Assembly (NCBI GenBank): GCA_025594325.1
Contig: JANHCV010000006.1
Span: 682,001-746,000, forward strand
Length of the DNA stretch: 64,000 bases
DNA from: Blastocladiella emersonii ATCC 22665
Taxonomy: Eukaryota; Fungi; Blastocladiomycota
Direction of reading: 5' to 3'
Shown here: one piece after another, positions 36,632 to 48,654 of the stretch
How positions within the stretch are numbered: the stretch's first letter is position 1
Layout: every line of letters begins with the position of its first letter
Notes under the pieces: model-generated
What the model was told of the DNA's origin: nothing
Databases searched by the model: none
What the model saw: only the letters and a program-made list of their open reading frames with translations
Made by a program: the position numbers and the translations under genes

Positions 36632-37630
36632 AATTTAACTGCTTAAGTTCTGCTGGACACCGACCTGGACACGATCACGAGTGCGCACCCGCCAAACACG
36701 TCGGGCGAGCGCGACGTGCCGCTCATCTGATCGCGATTGCGCCCCTGATCGGAGGCCTGATGAGACCAGCCACAGCACCACATCCCACGTTTCATCCTCC
36801 GTTCTCCTCACTCTCCCTCGCTCTTCCGCACACACTGGCAGCGCATCAACTCAGGCAGTCACCAAGTTGCCGAATTTAGTTAAGGAAGTCTCGGACGGCT
36901 CGTCGAGCTCGGGCAGCAGCTCGAGCCGCTTGTCGCCAGTCGTCAACGCCGTTCACGCGCCTGCCCCAGCCGTGTGGCCGTGCCAGGCTCATCGAGACGC
37001 TCGTAACGATACATTCCCAGTTGATCCTGGGCCTGTTAGACTTGGCGGTCAACAAGCTCAACTCACAATGGTACCGTCAGATCGTGAAGCGACCGAGCGG
37101 GATCTACTCTGAGTTTCTCGCAGGCGGGCGAAGCCGCCAAGGCCGCGGCGAACGCGGCCCCGCACGTCCTGCTCATGCTCCCTCACAAGGACCCGAAGTG
37201 TATGTGGCTGCTCGCCTACTTCCCGACAAGCTGCACCGCGTGATGCTCAAGATGGCCTTCATCGTCCTTGCGTACGCGACCTACTTCACGCCGACTATCG
37301 GCACGGTGCTAGCGCTTACATGATGTCGTGAACGAAATCGATGCTGAGATGCGAGCTTAAACGGCGGCGCCAGGGACGATCGCTTGACGCGCGCATGCGT
37401 ACGTGGACGAGCGGTGGCCGTACTACCTCAGGTCCGGGTTCCCCGTGGTCGTTCTCTCGGTCCTCGACATCAACAGCCTGCTTTCCAAACTGCTCGAATT
37501 AGCTTAGGTTTGCCCAAGTTTCAGTTGCACTTTGAGAGCGAAACCGCGATACAAGTCAAGTCATCAACATTTGGCGGGGCATGATCCTTGAAGCGGAGTG
37601 ATTTTAACGGCCGCCCTTACCGTAGTGTTC

Positions 37631-37784
37631 GGGGTACGATGGATAAGGCGTATGGGTTGACTGAACTGTATGGTCTCGAGGCAGCCGCGTCGCGTTCGAC
37701 ACTCGTCGGGCGTGTCGCAAGTGCCGTAAGTGGATTCTGGTTCGTCCCGGCGCCCGCCACTCACCTCTTTTTGCCGTTCGTCTG
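37631..37784 (+). repeat. 154-bp dispersed direct repeat, copy 2
   Basis: Matches 34190-34343 at an offset of 3441 bp. Confidence 0.9.
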
Positions 37785-38660
37785 ATCACCGATGCCCGCT
37801 GGGATCTCTCGCAAAATATATTTTAAGCACCACAACTGTGAGCGACAGTGACGTGGTGGTTTTGGGCGCCTTTCTTTCCGTCGAAGGTTGCGGACTTGCC
37901 GAACGCGACACGTCGCTTCGCGGCACGTGCAGTGTGGCGCAACGCGGTCAGCTGATTCCTTGTGACTGCGACGCGTTTTTCGCCCGGCCCTGGCCACGGC
38001 CACGCCCACTCACACTCATACGCCCACTGATATAGCACCTGATGCAATATACTAGCTGCAGTAAATACTTGGAAGTTGTGTTGTTGCGAACAGGCTGCCG
38101 CGAGGGCGGGAGTGAACGACCCTCCCTCGCTCATGAGCACCCAAAGGCCGAGATTGCACGAAACCTCTCCAATTCTTGAGAGTCTCAAGATGAATATCCG
38201 GGCAAGGCGCTCTGGAGGCGACACGTGGTGAGTCAAGCTCACTCACCCTTGCGCAGCACGTGTCTCCCGCCCTCGAAGCGTCGATGTTCCCGCGGAGAGC
38301 GCGTTTTGGCCTACCTGATAACATGGCGCTACGAACCTGCGTTGATTGCGTCAGAACAAGAACGAGCGCGCGTGACCTTGGAAAATCGCGAGGAAAGAAA
38401 CAAGCGAGTTGGCGGCGGGAGACTTTCAAGGGCCTTGGCCCATTTTCTCCTCGAGGTTCTTGCTGATCGAGGACGCGTGCCCAGACACAACGCCAAGCGA
38501 TTGTTCCTCGACGAGACACGCGTGTGAAAGCGCTTGGTACACCGACGACCCTATAGTTTCCGGCAAGCACTCCGTCTTCCCTCTCTTCTCGGCCATCAAC
38601 AACCCGCGGCCTGCACATTGCGCAACCTCCCCTAGACCATTAGACCTCCGCCACACAAAC

Positions 38661-39212
38661 ATGCTCTACGCTACTTTCTCTGCCTCGATCCCCGCGGCGG
38701 CCAAGACGGACGCGGACGCGTCGTGGGCGCTCCCGCCGATCCACCGTCCCCCGACCACCTGCATCGCCGACTTCGACCCGACGGCCTTCCGCCCGGTGCC
38801 CGCGAACCCCTCGTTCATGGCGTCCTCCTCGACGGGCGCCGTTCAGCCCACGCTGCCGCAGTATCACGCAACGGGCGCGTTCAAGGTCCCGCAGTCGCCA
38901 TCCTCGTCGGCGGCCATGGCCTTCCGCTCGCTGCCGCCAACTTTCTCGACATCCACGGCTCCGACCATGGCCAAGCTACCCGCGGCGGTGCCGATCGCCT
39001 CGGTCACCATCCCGACCAAGACGCCCAAGAAGATGAGTCTGCGCAACCGGCAGCGGATCCAGGACCACAACCGCCGGCGCCGCGTCAAGGGCAAGCTGGC
39101 CGTCAAGTCGATGGCCAAGGAGCGCGACATGTACAAGAAGGGCGCCGAGTACGCGCTCGCCGGGCTCGCGTTCGTCGGCACCTTCTGCCTCGGCCGTCTC
39201 CTCCCCCTGTAA
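38661..39212 (+). CDS. Hypothetical tail-anchored protein (183 aa)
   Basis: GC3-rich ORF with a P/S/A-rich N-half, basic helix RNRQRIQDHNRRRRVKGKLAVK and hydrophobic tail YALAGLAFVGTFCLGRLLPL*. Confidence 0.6.
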   Translation: MLYATFSASIPAAAKTDADASWALPPIHRPPTTCIADFDPTAFRPVPANPSFMASSSTGAVQPTLPQYHATGAFKVPQSPSSSAAMAFRSLPPTFSTSTAPTMAKLPAAVPIASVTIPTKTPKKMSLRNRQRIQDHNRRRRVKGKLAVKSMAKERDMYKKGAEYALAGLAFVGTFCLGRLLPL

Positions 39213-39426
39213 CGATTGTTGTGATTCTGCATCCCTTCATCCACCTACTCATACTCTCCAATTCATAGACTCTCTTGCACATCCACCGTGTCACTCGTCT
39301 CCAATAGTGGTTCCAGTTCATTTGGCTCACACGGCCCGCACTTGAGACGGGAGTGATCCTCTCTCAACAGGCCGGCGAGCGGTGTCACTCAAGATATCGT
39401 TGTATTGCACGCAAAATCGACCACCG

Positions 39427-41534
39427 TCAGACCAGCATGAGCTTGAACACGCGCACCGCGCCGGACGCGAGCCCCTGCGCGACGACGTTGCGGCCCCACG
39501 CGACGCACGTCACGCGGTCGTCGCCGCCGCCGTTGGCCAGTGACCCGTCCCGCGAGAAGGACCCGCCGCCGCCAGTCCTGCTGCTCGCAGCCGCGGCACC
39601 GACGCTCTCGGACCCAATGAGCACGAGGTCCGACGCGCTGCCGGTCCTACTTCCCGTGCCCGTGTTACCGGACCGGATACTCGCGCCCGAGTCCCCGCCA
39701 CCCCCGCCGCGGCCGGCGGCCGAGTGCCCGTTGCGCAGGTTCTGGACGAGCCGGCCGGCCGGGACGAGGTAGATGAGGTCCGCGACGAGGAGGTGCGACG
39801 GCTGGAGCTGGCCCGGCGCAGCGGCGGCGGACCCGTTGCCCGTGGTGTCGCTGCTGTGGGTGCTCGCCAGCGTCGCCACGGATCCCGACGAGACGGGGAC
39901 CGCGACAGCCGACGAGCTCGAGGACGAGGTGCCGTCAGATGGCGGAGCGACGAGGCAGCACGCGCGCGGGGTGCTGAGCGTGGTCGGGAAGCCGGGCAGC
40001 GAGTAGGAGAGGAGCGGGTCGACGACGCCCGAGCGGCAGCTGAGGGTCGCGACCTGGCCGCGCGACGAGATGAGCGCGACGGCGTGGTCGGGCAGGCCGA
40101 AGCAGCCGAGCGGCGCGAAGGGTGCGGTCAGCGCGTGGATCAGCTTGAGAGTTGGTGCCTCTACAAGCAGCACCTGGGCTCAGCGGCGGATCCTCGGGCG
40201 CGATGATGATGAAGCCGTACCGAAGACGTAGATCCGGGACGCGCTACACACGACCGCGTACCGCGCGGGCGCCGCGGTCAAGATGACGTGCAGGATCCGC
40301 TCGGATGCCGGGTGATCGGACGGCAGCGCGGCGTGCCCGCTGACCTCGGTAGTGCGCACGTTGACGACGCACACGCCCTGGACGCTCGCGGCGACAGCCC
40401 ACGGGTGCGCGGGGAGCGGCGGGACGACCATGGCGGCGGCGGCGACCTGGTTGAGCGGCAGTGCGACCTCCTGAGCGGCCTTGGTCTCGCAGTGGACGAC
40501 GCGCAGGGCGTTGGCGAACACGACGACGAGCTTCTTGCTGTCCCACCACAGCAGCTCGGCGACGGGCGCGGACCCGACGACGCGCACGGCGGACGTGGTC
40601 GGGAGCTTGCTGGTGGGCCAGAACTTGGCGACGAGGTCACCTTCCCCCGCCGCAGCGATCCACTCGCCGTCGCGGCTGACGGCGATGCGCGCGCGCGGGG
40701 TGTCGTCGTCGACGGCGACGGTGCACTCCTCGAGGACGAGGTACGGCTCGTCGTCCGGGTGCACGGCGGGCGCCGCGGGCATAGCGGCGGCGGGGGCGGC
40801 GACGGCGCGCTGGCTGCGCCAGTACTCGACCGACTCGCGCAGCTTGCTGTTCTCGAGCTCGAGCGACTTGCGCTGGATGCGCTCGACGTTGAAGTTGAGG
40901 AGGCGCGGGAGCGGCATGGCGGCGAAGGCGCGCTCGAGGAAGTTGCGCAGCGAGGTCGCGAACAGGTCGAACCACATTTTGGTGAAGTACACGTCAAACG
41001 GCGGGGTGGCGGCGGGCTTCTTGACGTAGGTGATGGCGGACCACGTCATCCAGTCCGAGGCGCTGGCGGCGAGGTCGATGGTCGACAGGAACTCGACGAC
41101 GCGCGCGGGCTTGCCCTGCTGCATCGCGCACACGATGAAGTACCGGAACAGCGCCGTCTCCATCTTGCGCGCCTGCGCCGTGTCGGCGGCCGACCCCGAC
41201 AGCGCGGCAAAGACGTGCCGGTCGAGGTAGCCCCACGTGTCCTGCAGGGCGACGTAGTCGAGCGTGCGCGCGTGCGCCAGCAGCACCTGCGTCAGCCGCT
41301 CCGCGTCGAGGTGCGCGAGCCGGTCGCCCTTGATGTCGGCCTCGAGCGCCTTGAGCGTGCCGTGGAACCCGCGGAACAGCAGCTAGAGGCAACAGCGCTC
41401 GAAGGCGTTGGTCTCGATCGCTGGCGGTCGGGTGGCGGGCACGACGCGACCCGAGCGCGGGCGCGGCAGCGGCGGTGGACTCGATGCCGTACATACTCGC
41501 GTATCAGGTCGTCCAGGTACTCGAGGCTATCCAT
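39427..41534 (-). CDS. WDR91: WDR91-like endosomal WD-repeat protein
   Basis: LDDLIREY|LLFRGFHGTLKALEADIK...LQDTWGYLDRHVF...LFRYFIV...FDVYFTKMWFDLFATSLRNFL...MPLPRLLNF matches the WDR91 N-terminus; WD-like C-terminus; introns present. Confidence 0.85.
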
Positions 41535-41784
41535 TTGCAAGCAGGTTGTGGTTGGGAGGGAGGTGAGAGCGCGGGCCGGGTGTGGCGCTTGACCGCAACG
41601 GCGACGCGTCGCGCGAAAAACTCGCGATCCGCGGCGCGGCGTGACGCAGCGTGACTGTGATCAGCCCACGCCGAAAAACCGCGGCAAACGCTGCCCTCGT
41701 GTCCCCTCGATCTTACCGGCGCTGTATAGCCCCGCACGAAGCTTTAATCGCCGACGTAACTCGGCGCATCGCGACCCGCCCACC

Positions 41785-42747
41785 ATGCTGCGTGCTCTTG
41801 TCGGCGCGCGCTCCGCCTTTGCCGCGGCGACCCCGCTGCCCTCGGGCTTCCTGGCCGCCGCCGCCGCCGGCCCGGCGCCCGTGCTCGCCACCCACCCGTT
41901 CCGGACAACCGCCACGACCGGCTGCCGCCGCAAGAAGAAGGCTGCCGTCGAGGTCGTCGATAACCGCCTTGCCATCAAGGAGGCCGTGACCATCCTCAAC
42001 GTATGCGGGGCCGATCCGATCGCCATCGCTTCACTGGGATACGGGATGAGTAACCCGGCACCGCGTGATTCTCTAGAACCGCGAGGGCGCCAACCCGCAC
42101 CACGCCATCCACGCCATGATCAAGGTGCGCCCCGAGAAGGGCATGCCGCCAATCCGCGGCACCGTCATTCTCCCCGAGAAGGTGCCCAAGAACATTCGCA
42201 TCCTGTGCTTTGCCGACGTACGTTCTTGACGTTCGGGGGATGCCGGACTCGTGAGCTGACTTTGCCCTCACTCCAGGGTGCCGCCGCCGCTGCCGCCAAG
42301 GCCGCGGGCGCCGACATTGTGGGCACGACGGACCTGCTGGACGGCATCACACGCGGCGAGTACAAGTACGACATGGTGATCTCCACGCCCGAGTCGTTCC
42401 CCGTGGCGACGCGCGTGGCCAAGATCCTGGGTCCCAAGGGCCTCATGCCCAACGCCAAGAAGGGCACCGTGACCTCGGACCTGGCCACCACCATCGACGT
42501 GCTCAAGAACTCGATCCGGTACTCGTCGGGCCGCCACGGCAACGTCAACGTGACGGTCGGCCGCGTCGGGTTCACGCCCGAGCAGGTCGAGAAGAACCTG
42601 CGCTTCGTCCTCAACGAGGTCGTCGGGTACGTTGGCCAGATCCCCGGCAAGAAGAAGATCAAGAAGAACAAGTTCGTCCACAAGGTCTGGGTCAACTCGA
42701 CCTTCTCGCCCGCGTTGCCGCTGCGGATGACCCAGTTCCAGTTCTGA
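41785..42747 (+). CDS. MRPL1: Mitochondrial ribosomal protein uL1m
   Basis: Presequence-like N-terminus; IRGTVILP, AKAAGADIVG, RVAKILGPKGLMPNAKKGTV, VGRVGF..EQVEKN; two introns. Confidence 0.9.
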   Translation: MLRALVGARSAFAAATPLPSGFLAAAAAGPAPVLATHPFRTTATTGCRRKKKAAVEVVDNRLAIKEAVTILNVCGADPIAIASLGYGMSNPAPRDSLEPRGRQPAPRHPRHDQGAPREGHAANPRHRHSPREGAQEHSHPVLCRRTFLTFGGCRTRELTLPSLQGAAAAAAKAAGADIVGTTDLLDGITRGEYKYDMVISTPESFPVATRVAKILGPKGLMPNAKKGTVTSDLATTIDVLKNSIRYSSGRHGNVNVTVGRVGFTPEQVEKNLRFVLNEVVGYVGQIPGKKKIKKNKFVHKVWVNSTFSPALPLRMTQFQF

Positions 42748-43036
42748 GATCCTGCTCGCTCGCTCTGTTCAGCTCCCCCCTACTTGTTAATGCGATTCAA
42801 CTTCTAGCTTGCCTGCTCGCTTGACTCACCACCTCGCCGCCGCCGCGTGAGGCGGCGCTTGAGGGCGATCCGATGATCCTCGCGACTTCGGAGCAGGGGG
42901 TCGGCCACCCGTTGACACTCGACTCCCTCCTTGGTCGGCGGGTCGGATCATCGTATAAAGCCGGCCGCCGCCCCCTCCGTCCTCGTTCCCCTCGCTCGAC
43001 ACGACGCTGGCGTCCTCGATCCTCACCCACGACACG

Positions 43037-43741
43037 ATGCCTTTCTGCCACGACTGCGGCTTCAAGCTCCCCGGCGACGCCTTCAAGTTCTGCCCCGAGT
43101 GTGGCACCAAGCTCGCCCTCGCCTCGGCGGCTCCCGCGGCGCCCACCGCCAGCGCCACCGGAACCAACCCAGAAGCCACGCCGACCTCGTTCCTCGACTT
43201 GCACTACGCCGTGAATCCGCTCTACATCCCGCCTCTCCGCGCAGTCCTCGCCGCCATGGACACGCACGGCGACGGGTACCTCCGCCCGTCGGACCTGAAG
43301 CTCGCGTGCTCGGACGCGGCGCAGGCCGCCCTGTACGACGACCCGGACGTGGTACGCCGCGTGTACGCGATCACGGGCGCCGAGGTACGCGAGCCGGACC
43401 TCGCCATGTCCTACGACGCGTACCTCGCGACCGCCGCGGTCTCGGCGCAGGTCGACCCGGACGCCGCGTGGCGCGAGCTGCGCAACGTGATCGCGGCGGT
43501 AAAGGCGAGGAAGGCGCCGCGCGGGGTGCCGGGTGGGTTGGCGGCGATCGCGCCGTTGGAGGGGTTAGCGCGCGGGGATTTCCCGTCGGGGAACGTGCCG
43601 CTCACGCCCAAGGCGCAGCGCGTGCGGACGGGACTCGACCGGTTCCAGGAGGAGATGGCGCGGATTGCCCAGGTCCAGGCGCAGTTCATTGTTGAGCAGT
43701 TTCGCGCCACGAGTAACCTCATGAGCCGCCAGTGGTGGTGA
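43037..43741 (+). CDS. Zinc-ribbon plus EF-hand-like hypothetical protein
   Basis: MPFCHDCG...FCPECG (zinc ribbon); MDTHGDGYLRPSD (EF-hand-like loop). Confidence 0.7.
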   Translation: MPFCHDCGFKLPGDAFKFCPECGTKLALASAAPAAPTASATGTNPEATPTSFLDLHYAVNPLYIPPLRAVLAAMDTHGDGYLRPSDLKLACSDAAQAALYDDPDVVRRVYAITGAEVREPDLAMSYDAYLATAAVSAQVDPDAAWRELRNVIAAVKARKAPRGVPGGLAAIAPLEGLARGDFPSGNVPLTPKAQRVRTGLDRFQEEMARIAQVQAQFIVEQFRATSNLMSRQWW

Positions 43742-43984
43742 TCAAGCTCCTGACATCGCGTCGCTTCGCGTGGAGGTGAAAGTGCGGAGATGTGAATACA
43801 CGGAGCATTTTTGGAGACGCGAGACATTTGCTCATCTGACGCGCGTGACCGTGTGAGACGCGTTCCGCGACGCGTCGCGTTTCGGCTTTCACTTTCTCGC
43901 GCTCCACCGCCGCCTCCGCGCTCTCTCCCCTCTCACCAACCATTCAATGCATCCAGGACCCCTAACCACCAGCACACCTACACC

Positions 43985-46068
43985 ATGACGCAGCAGGCGA
44001 ACGCGGACCTGCTCAAGTCGGTCAAGGCCGAGCTCAAGGCGTGGGAGCGCGAGTTCCAGGCCGAGAACGGCCGCAAGGCCACCAAGGAGGACGTGTTCAA
44101 GGACAAGGACATTTGTACGCTCTCACGGCTGTGCGGTGGATCGACTGCCTACTGATCACTGCGCGCGAGTGTAGTTGAGCTGTACAAGCTGCTCAGCAAG
44201 CTCAAGGCGCAGTCGGCCGCGCCCGAGGCTGAGCCTGCCGACAAGCCCTCGCCGGCGACCGAGCGTCGCCCCGAGCCCGCTGCCGCCGCGATCGGGACCG
44301 CCGATCCGGCGCCCGCGACCGCCACCATCCCGACGGCGGCCAGCGAGGACTCGACGACGACCGATGCCGCCGCTGCTGCTCCCGCCGAAGAGACCCCCGC
44401 GGCCGCGGCCGCGACCCCGACCGCGCGCCCGGGTACAGCAGGCAGCGTCAGCAGGTCCGAGGCGATCCGCAAGCACCAGGCCGCGCGCAAGCGTCCGACC
44501 GCGAACGGTACGCGTCTCCTCCCCCCATCACCTCTCACCACATCCCACTCACCCTGAACGCCGTGTGTGTAGTCGGCCGCGTGGTCCAGAGCAGCACGAC
44601 GACCGACGTCCCCGCGATCCCGGTCCCGAGCTCGCCCGCGTCGTCGGCGCTGCCGACGCTGCCCGACCTCCCGCCGCTGTCGCTCGGCGGGCTCAGCCTG
44701 ACCCGCCCAGGGTCGTCGCCGACGTCGCCCATTGAGATCCACGACGACGACGTGGCGCACCCGCAGGCCGTGCACCTGGTCGCGCCCGAGCTGTCGCAGT
44801 CCGAGGCCGATGCGCTCCACCAGCAGCCTGCACCCGCCGACGACGACACGTCGGCGCCGCAGCCCAAGTACAACGCCTTCTCCAAGGAGCGTTCGACGGG
44901 CAACCTGGCGGCGTCGGGCGCCGAGGGCGGGTCGGGGAGCAGCATCCCAACGATCACGGCGACGAAGCCGTCGGGCGACTTGATCCCGGACCCCGAAGCG
45001 TTTGCCGAGGACGGAACCGGTATGCTGCTGCACCGCCGCGCCTACACGTTCAGCAGCACGGATGAGGCGCAGGCGATTGCCGAGACCAACGCGTCCGTCG
45101 AGGTAGATGGCCCCGCCGTGCTCAAGGCCGCCGGCGTGGTCCCGCTCGCGACCGGCGTGGATATCTTCAAGTACGTTCCGATGTTGTTTGCGCCTTACTA
45201 GATCCCGCTCAACTCACGCATACGCGTAGGCCTCCGCCGCTCAACGAGGTGATGCGCGGCCAGGTGACCCGCGGCAAGGTGCCGTCGCGGCCGAACCAGA
45301 CGGCGTTCCTGCTCCGCAACGACGTGGACGGCGTGGTCGTCGCCTCGGCACGCCGCGAGCCCAGCCTCAAGATGAAGCCCACCTACTACGTGTTCGAACA
45401 TAGCACGCCCAACGAGTCGCCGCGCGAGAGCGCCGTGTGGAAGATCAAGTCCGTGTTCTTTGGGGGATCGTGACCATGGCCACCGTAGACTGACTTGACC
45501 AGCGACCTTGTAGGGGCAACTTTGAGGGCTCGACGTTTCGGATCCTGGACAACCGCACTGGCGACCTGCTTGGCATGGTCCACTATGTACGCCCTCTCTA
45601 CCCTCCACCTCCACCATCTCGCACTGACCGCGGCCACCGCGGTAGACCTCTGCATGTGTGCCTCGCTCCATGTTCATTGTCACCGGCACCTCGGGCGGCG
45701 GCGCCATCACGCCCGCGCAAGAAGCAGCCCTAGTCGGGTCCAACTTCCAGTGGCCGTTCGCGCACCCGGAGTCCGGGTCGCTGGCCGTGTTCCGCAACAA
45801 GCTGCCCAAGTTCAACGAGACGCTCAAGACCTTCTGCCTCAACTTCCACGGCCGCGTCACGATGCCGAGCGTCAAGAACTTCCAGGCCGTGCAGGTGCCG
45901 GCGACGGGCTCCCCCGCAACGGAGGCGGGCGGTGCCGACGGCCCCGTGCGGCTGCAGTTCGGGCGCGTGGCGCGCGACGCGTTCAACCTCGACGTGTACC
46001 ACCCGCTGCCCGTGGCCATGGCGTTCGCGGTGGCGCTGACGACGTTCGATGCGATCGAGAAGGTCTGA
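43985..46068 (+). CDS. Tubby-family protein with N-terminal Sld2/RecQL4-like motif
   Basis: Six exons join in one frame. C-terminal FRNKLPKFNE...FCLNFHGRVTMPSVKNFQ...LQFGRVARDAFNLD..HPL..AMAFAVALTTFD is the Tub domain; N-terminal KAELKAWEREFQAENGRKATKEDV. Confidence 0.88.
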
Positions 46069-46126
46069 TCTGATGAAGTCGACTTCCATTCGTTTTTACA
46101 CAGCAAATACAAACCACCGTCCCCAC

Positions 46127-48423
46127 TTAGACGGTATTCACAATCTCGTCGGCGCGCTCGAGCGCCTCGATCATGCGCTTGACCTCGCGGCGGCGGTTGA
46201 CGGTCGCGTCCGACTCCTTGAGCGTCTCCTCGAGGACCGACGGCTGGTACAGCTCGGCGAGCAGGGTACGCTGGAGGTTGTCCTTGGAGTTGCCGACGAG
46301 GTTGAGCATGATGGACTTGGGCACCATGTCGGCGACGGTGCGCTTGACGATGTTGAAGTAAGACGTGAGCAGCAGCTTGATGACCTCGGTCTCGAGCGTC
46401 TCCTGGTCCGTGAGCCGCCCGTCGGGCTTGAGGACGGGGGGAGGGTTGTCGACCGTCGGCCCGTTGGCCGCGCGCTTCGATTTGGACCCGCCGAAGAAGG
46501 ACCCGAAGAAGCCCTTGGACGACGAGCTGTCCTCGGTCGGCGTCATGTACGAGGCCGGGAGCGACGCGTTGGACGACGCGTTGCCGAGCGGGCCCGACGC
46601 GACTGCCTGCCCACCGCGCGGCGGGATCGGCGGGCCCTGCTGCTGCTGCTGGAACCCGGACTGCGGCGACTGCTGCTGCATGGACCCGCCGGGGCCCATG
46701 ATCGCCTGCTGCTGCTGCGGGACCGGGCGCGGGTTGAGGCGCTCCTGGACGATCGCCGTGGCGCGGTGGCCGCCGATGAAATCGGGGTGGCCCGTGTTGA
46801 CGTAGCACACCTCGGCGGCGATCAGGTCGGTCACGAGCTTGTTGGTCGGGATCAGGTTCTTGCGGAGGAACTGGAGGACGGTCGAGGAGACGCGGTCGCG
46901 CAGCTCGGGGAACCGGCGGAACACGGGTTTCTGCAGGAGCTGGTTGAGGATGCGGGTGAGCTCGTCGAAGACGAGCTGCACGCACTTGAGCGACGGGTCC
47001 TCGAGCCGCTTGATCTGCTGCTTGACGAGGATCTCGAACGCCTGGGTCCCGACAAACAGCGCGGGCTTGGTGCCGCCCGAGTTGTACATGATGGTGCGGA
47101 TGTCAATGTCCTTGATCTGGTCGAACGGGTCGACCGACTTGATCCCGTTGTTGAACAGCTCGTGGAACACGTAGGCGATGCGGGCGCCGCCCGAGAGCTC
47201 GGCGGCCGAGATTTCGGAGGTGGTGCCGTCGAGCATCGAGCAGAAGTCGTTGGTGAACTCGGTGATGACCGACAGGATCATGTTGCCGCCCGAGGCCACG
47301 GGGTCCTCGACGGGGTTGCCGAGCTGCATGAGCTCGCCCTGGTACCGCTGCAGGGCGCCGGCGATGCGCTGCTTGATCTCGGGCAGCGTGGTCTTGATGT
47401 GGTGCAGCAGGATCGTGTTGAGCTTGCGGGCGAGGAACGGCGTGCCGCAGTACTGCGCCTTGCTGCGGTACGACGGGTGGTTCTCAAAGAAGCGGCGCTC
47501 GTGGTCGAGCGCGTTGGCAATCGACTTGCGCGTGTCAATGTCCTTTTGCCCGCGGTTCACGACGGGCACGTAGCCGAGGCGCAGCGGGATCACGCGGCCC
47601 GCCAGGATGTCGACCACGTCGGTGCCCGGGTCCATGAGGTCGACCTTGGTCAGCACGCCGATGGTGCGCATGCCGTCGGGGTCGACCTCGCGCGCGAGCT
47701 TGAGGCCGTCCGAGTTGGCGAGATCCGTGTTGGCGGCGGTCACGGCGAGGATGATGGCGTTGGGCTTGGTGATGAACTTGAGCAGCATCTCGCGGATCTG
47801 GATCTCGATATCCTTTGGCTGGTCGCCGACGGGCACCTTGGTCAGGCCGGGCAGGTCGATGAGCGTCAGCGTGAGCACGTTGGGCGAGTAGACGCGCAGG
47901 TTGATGGGCGCGTGCGAGATGCCCGTGTTGGCGCCCGCCTTCTCGTTGGTGTCGCGCACAATCTCGTTGCGGATCTCGTCAAAGTTGAAAAACTTTTTGC
48001 CCGGCAGGTGCAGGAACTCGCCCCACTCGTCCGCGTTCTCGGCCGCGTCCGAGCTGCCCTCCTTGGGCCCGTCCTCACCGGCCTCGGCTGCGGGCGCGGG
48101 GGCGGAGGCGCCATCGGCACCCTCGACGCCGCCGGCCGGGCGGTTGATGAGCTGCAGAACGAGCGGGCGGCGCGTCACGATGCCCGTGCCGCGCGGCAGG
48201 AAGTCGCGCCCGACAATGTTCTCGAGCACCGACGACTTGCCGCTACTCTGGCTACACGTGCGTACGAGGGCGTTGGCGACGCGTTTCCCCCACAATGAGA
48301 GCAGCGCGACGCAGCGTACCTGCCGATGACGGTGATCTGCGGGAGGTCAATCGGGTTGCTGACGCCGACCGTCGAGAAGACGTCCTGCAGCTTGTTGACG
48401 AGCTTGATGAGTTGCGAATCCAT
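46127..48423 (-). CDS. VPS1: Dynamin-related GTPase Vps1
   Basis: [26 protein letters not shown]|[35 protein letters not shown]; [17 protein letters not shown]; [29 protein letters not shown]. Confidence 0.93.
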
Positions 48424-48654
48424 GGCGATGGTGGTCTACTGCTGGAGCGCAGTTGTTCGGAGAGCGCGAGCGCCAAGAGGGGGCGGACGGGGAGAACGGC
48501 AACGCAACGCGCCCGGCGCGGCGCCACGCGCTTCGACGGAACGAACGACACGTCGACTCGCTGCCAGGTGACGGCGCGTGACGCTCGACGCGCTCCCCTT
48601 CCCCTCTCTCCTCGAGAACCCCGCCCATCGCATGAATCTGTACACACAACGACA

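Noticed and set aside
34190-37784. LTR retrotransposon interpretation of the 154-bp repeats
   Set aside because: No TG..CA termini, PBS/PPT, TSD or gag/pol remnants.
36640-38620. Short ORFs (37021-37323, 37823-38242) as possible transposase remnants
   Set aside because: No DDE, zinc-finger or RT motifs recognised.
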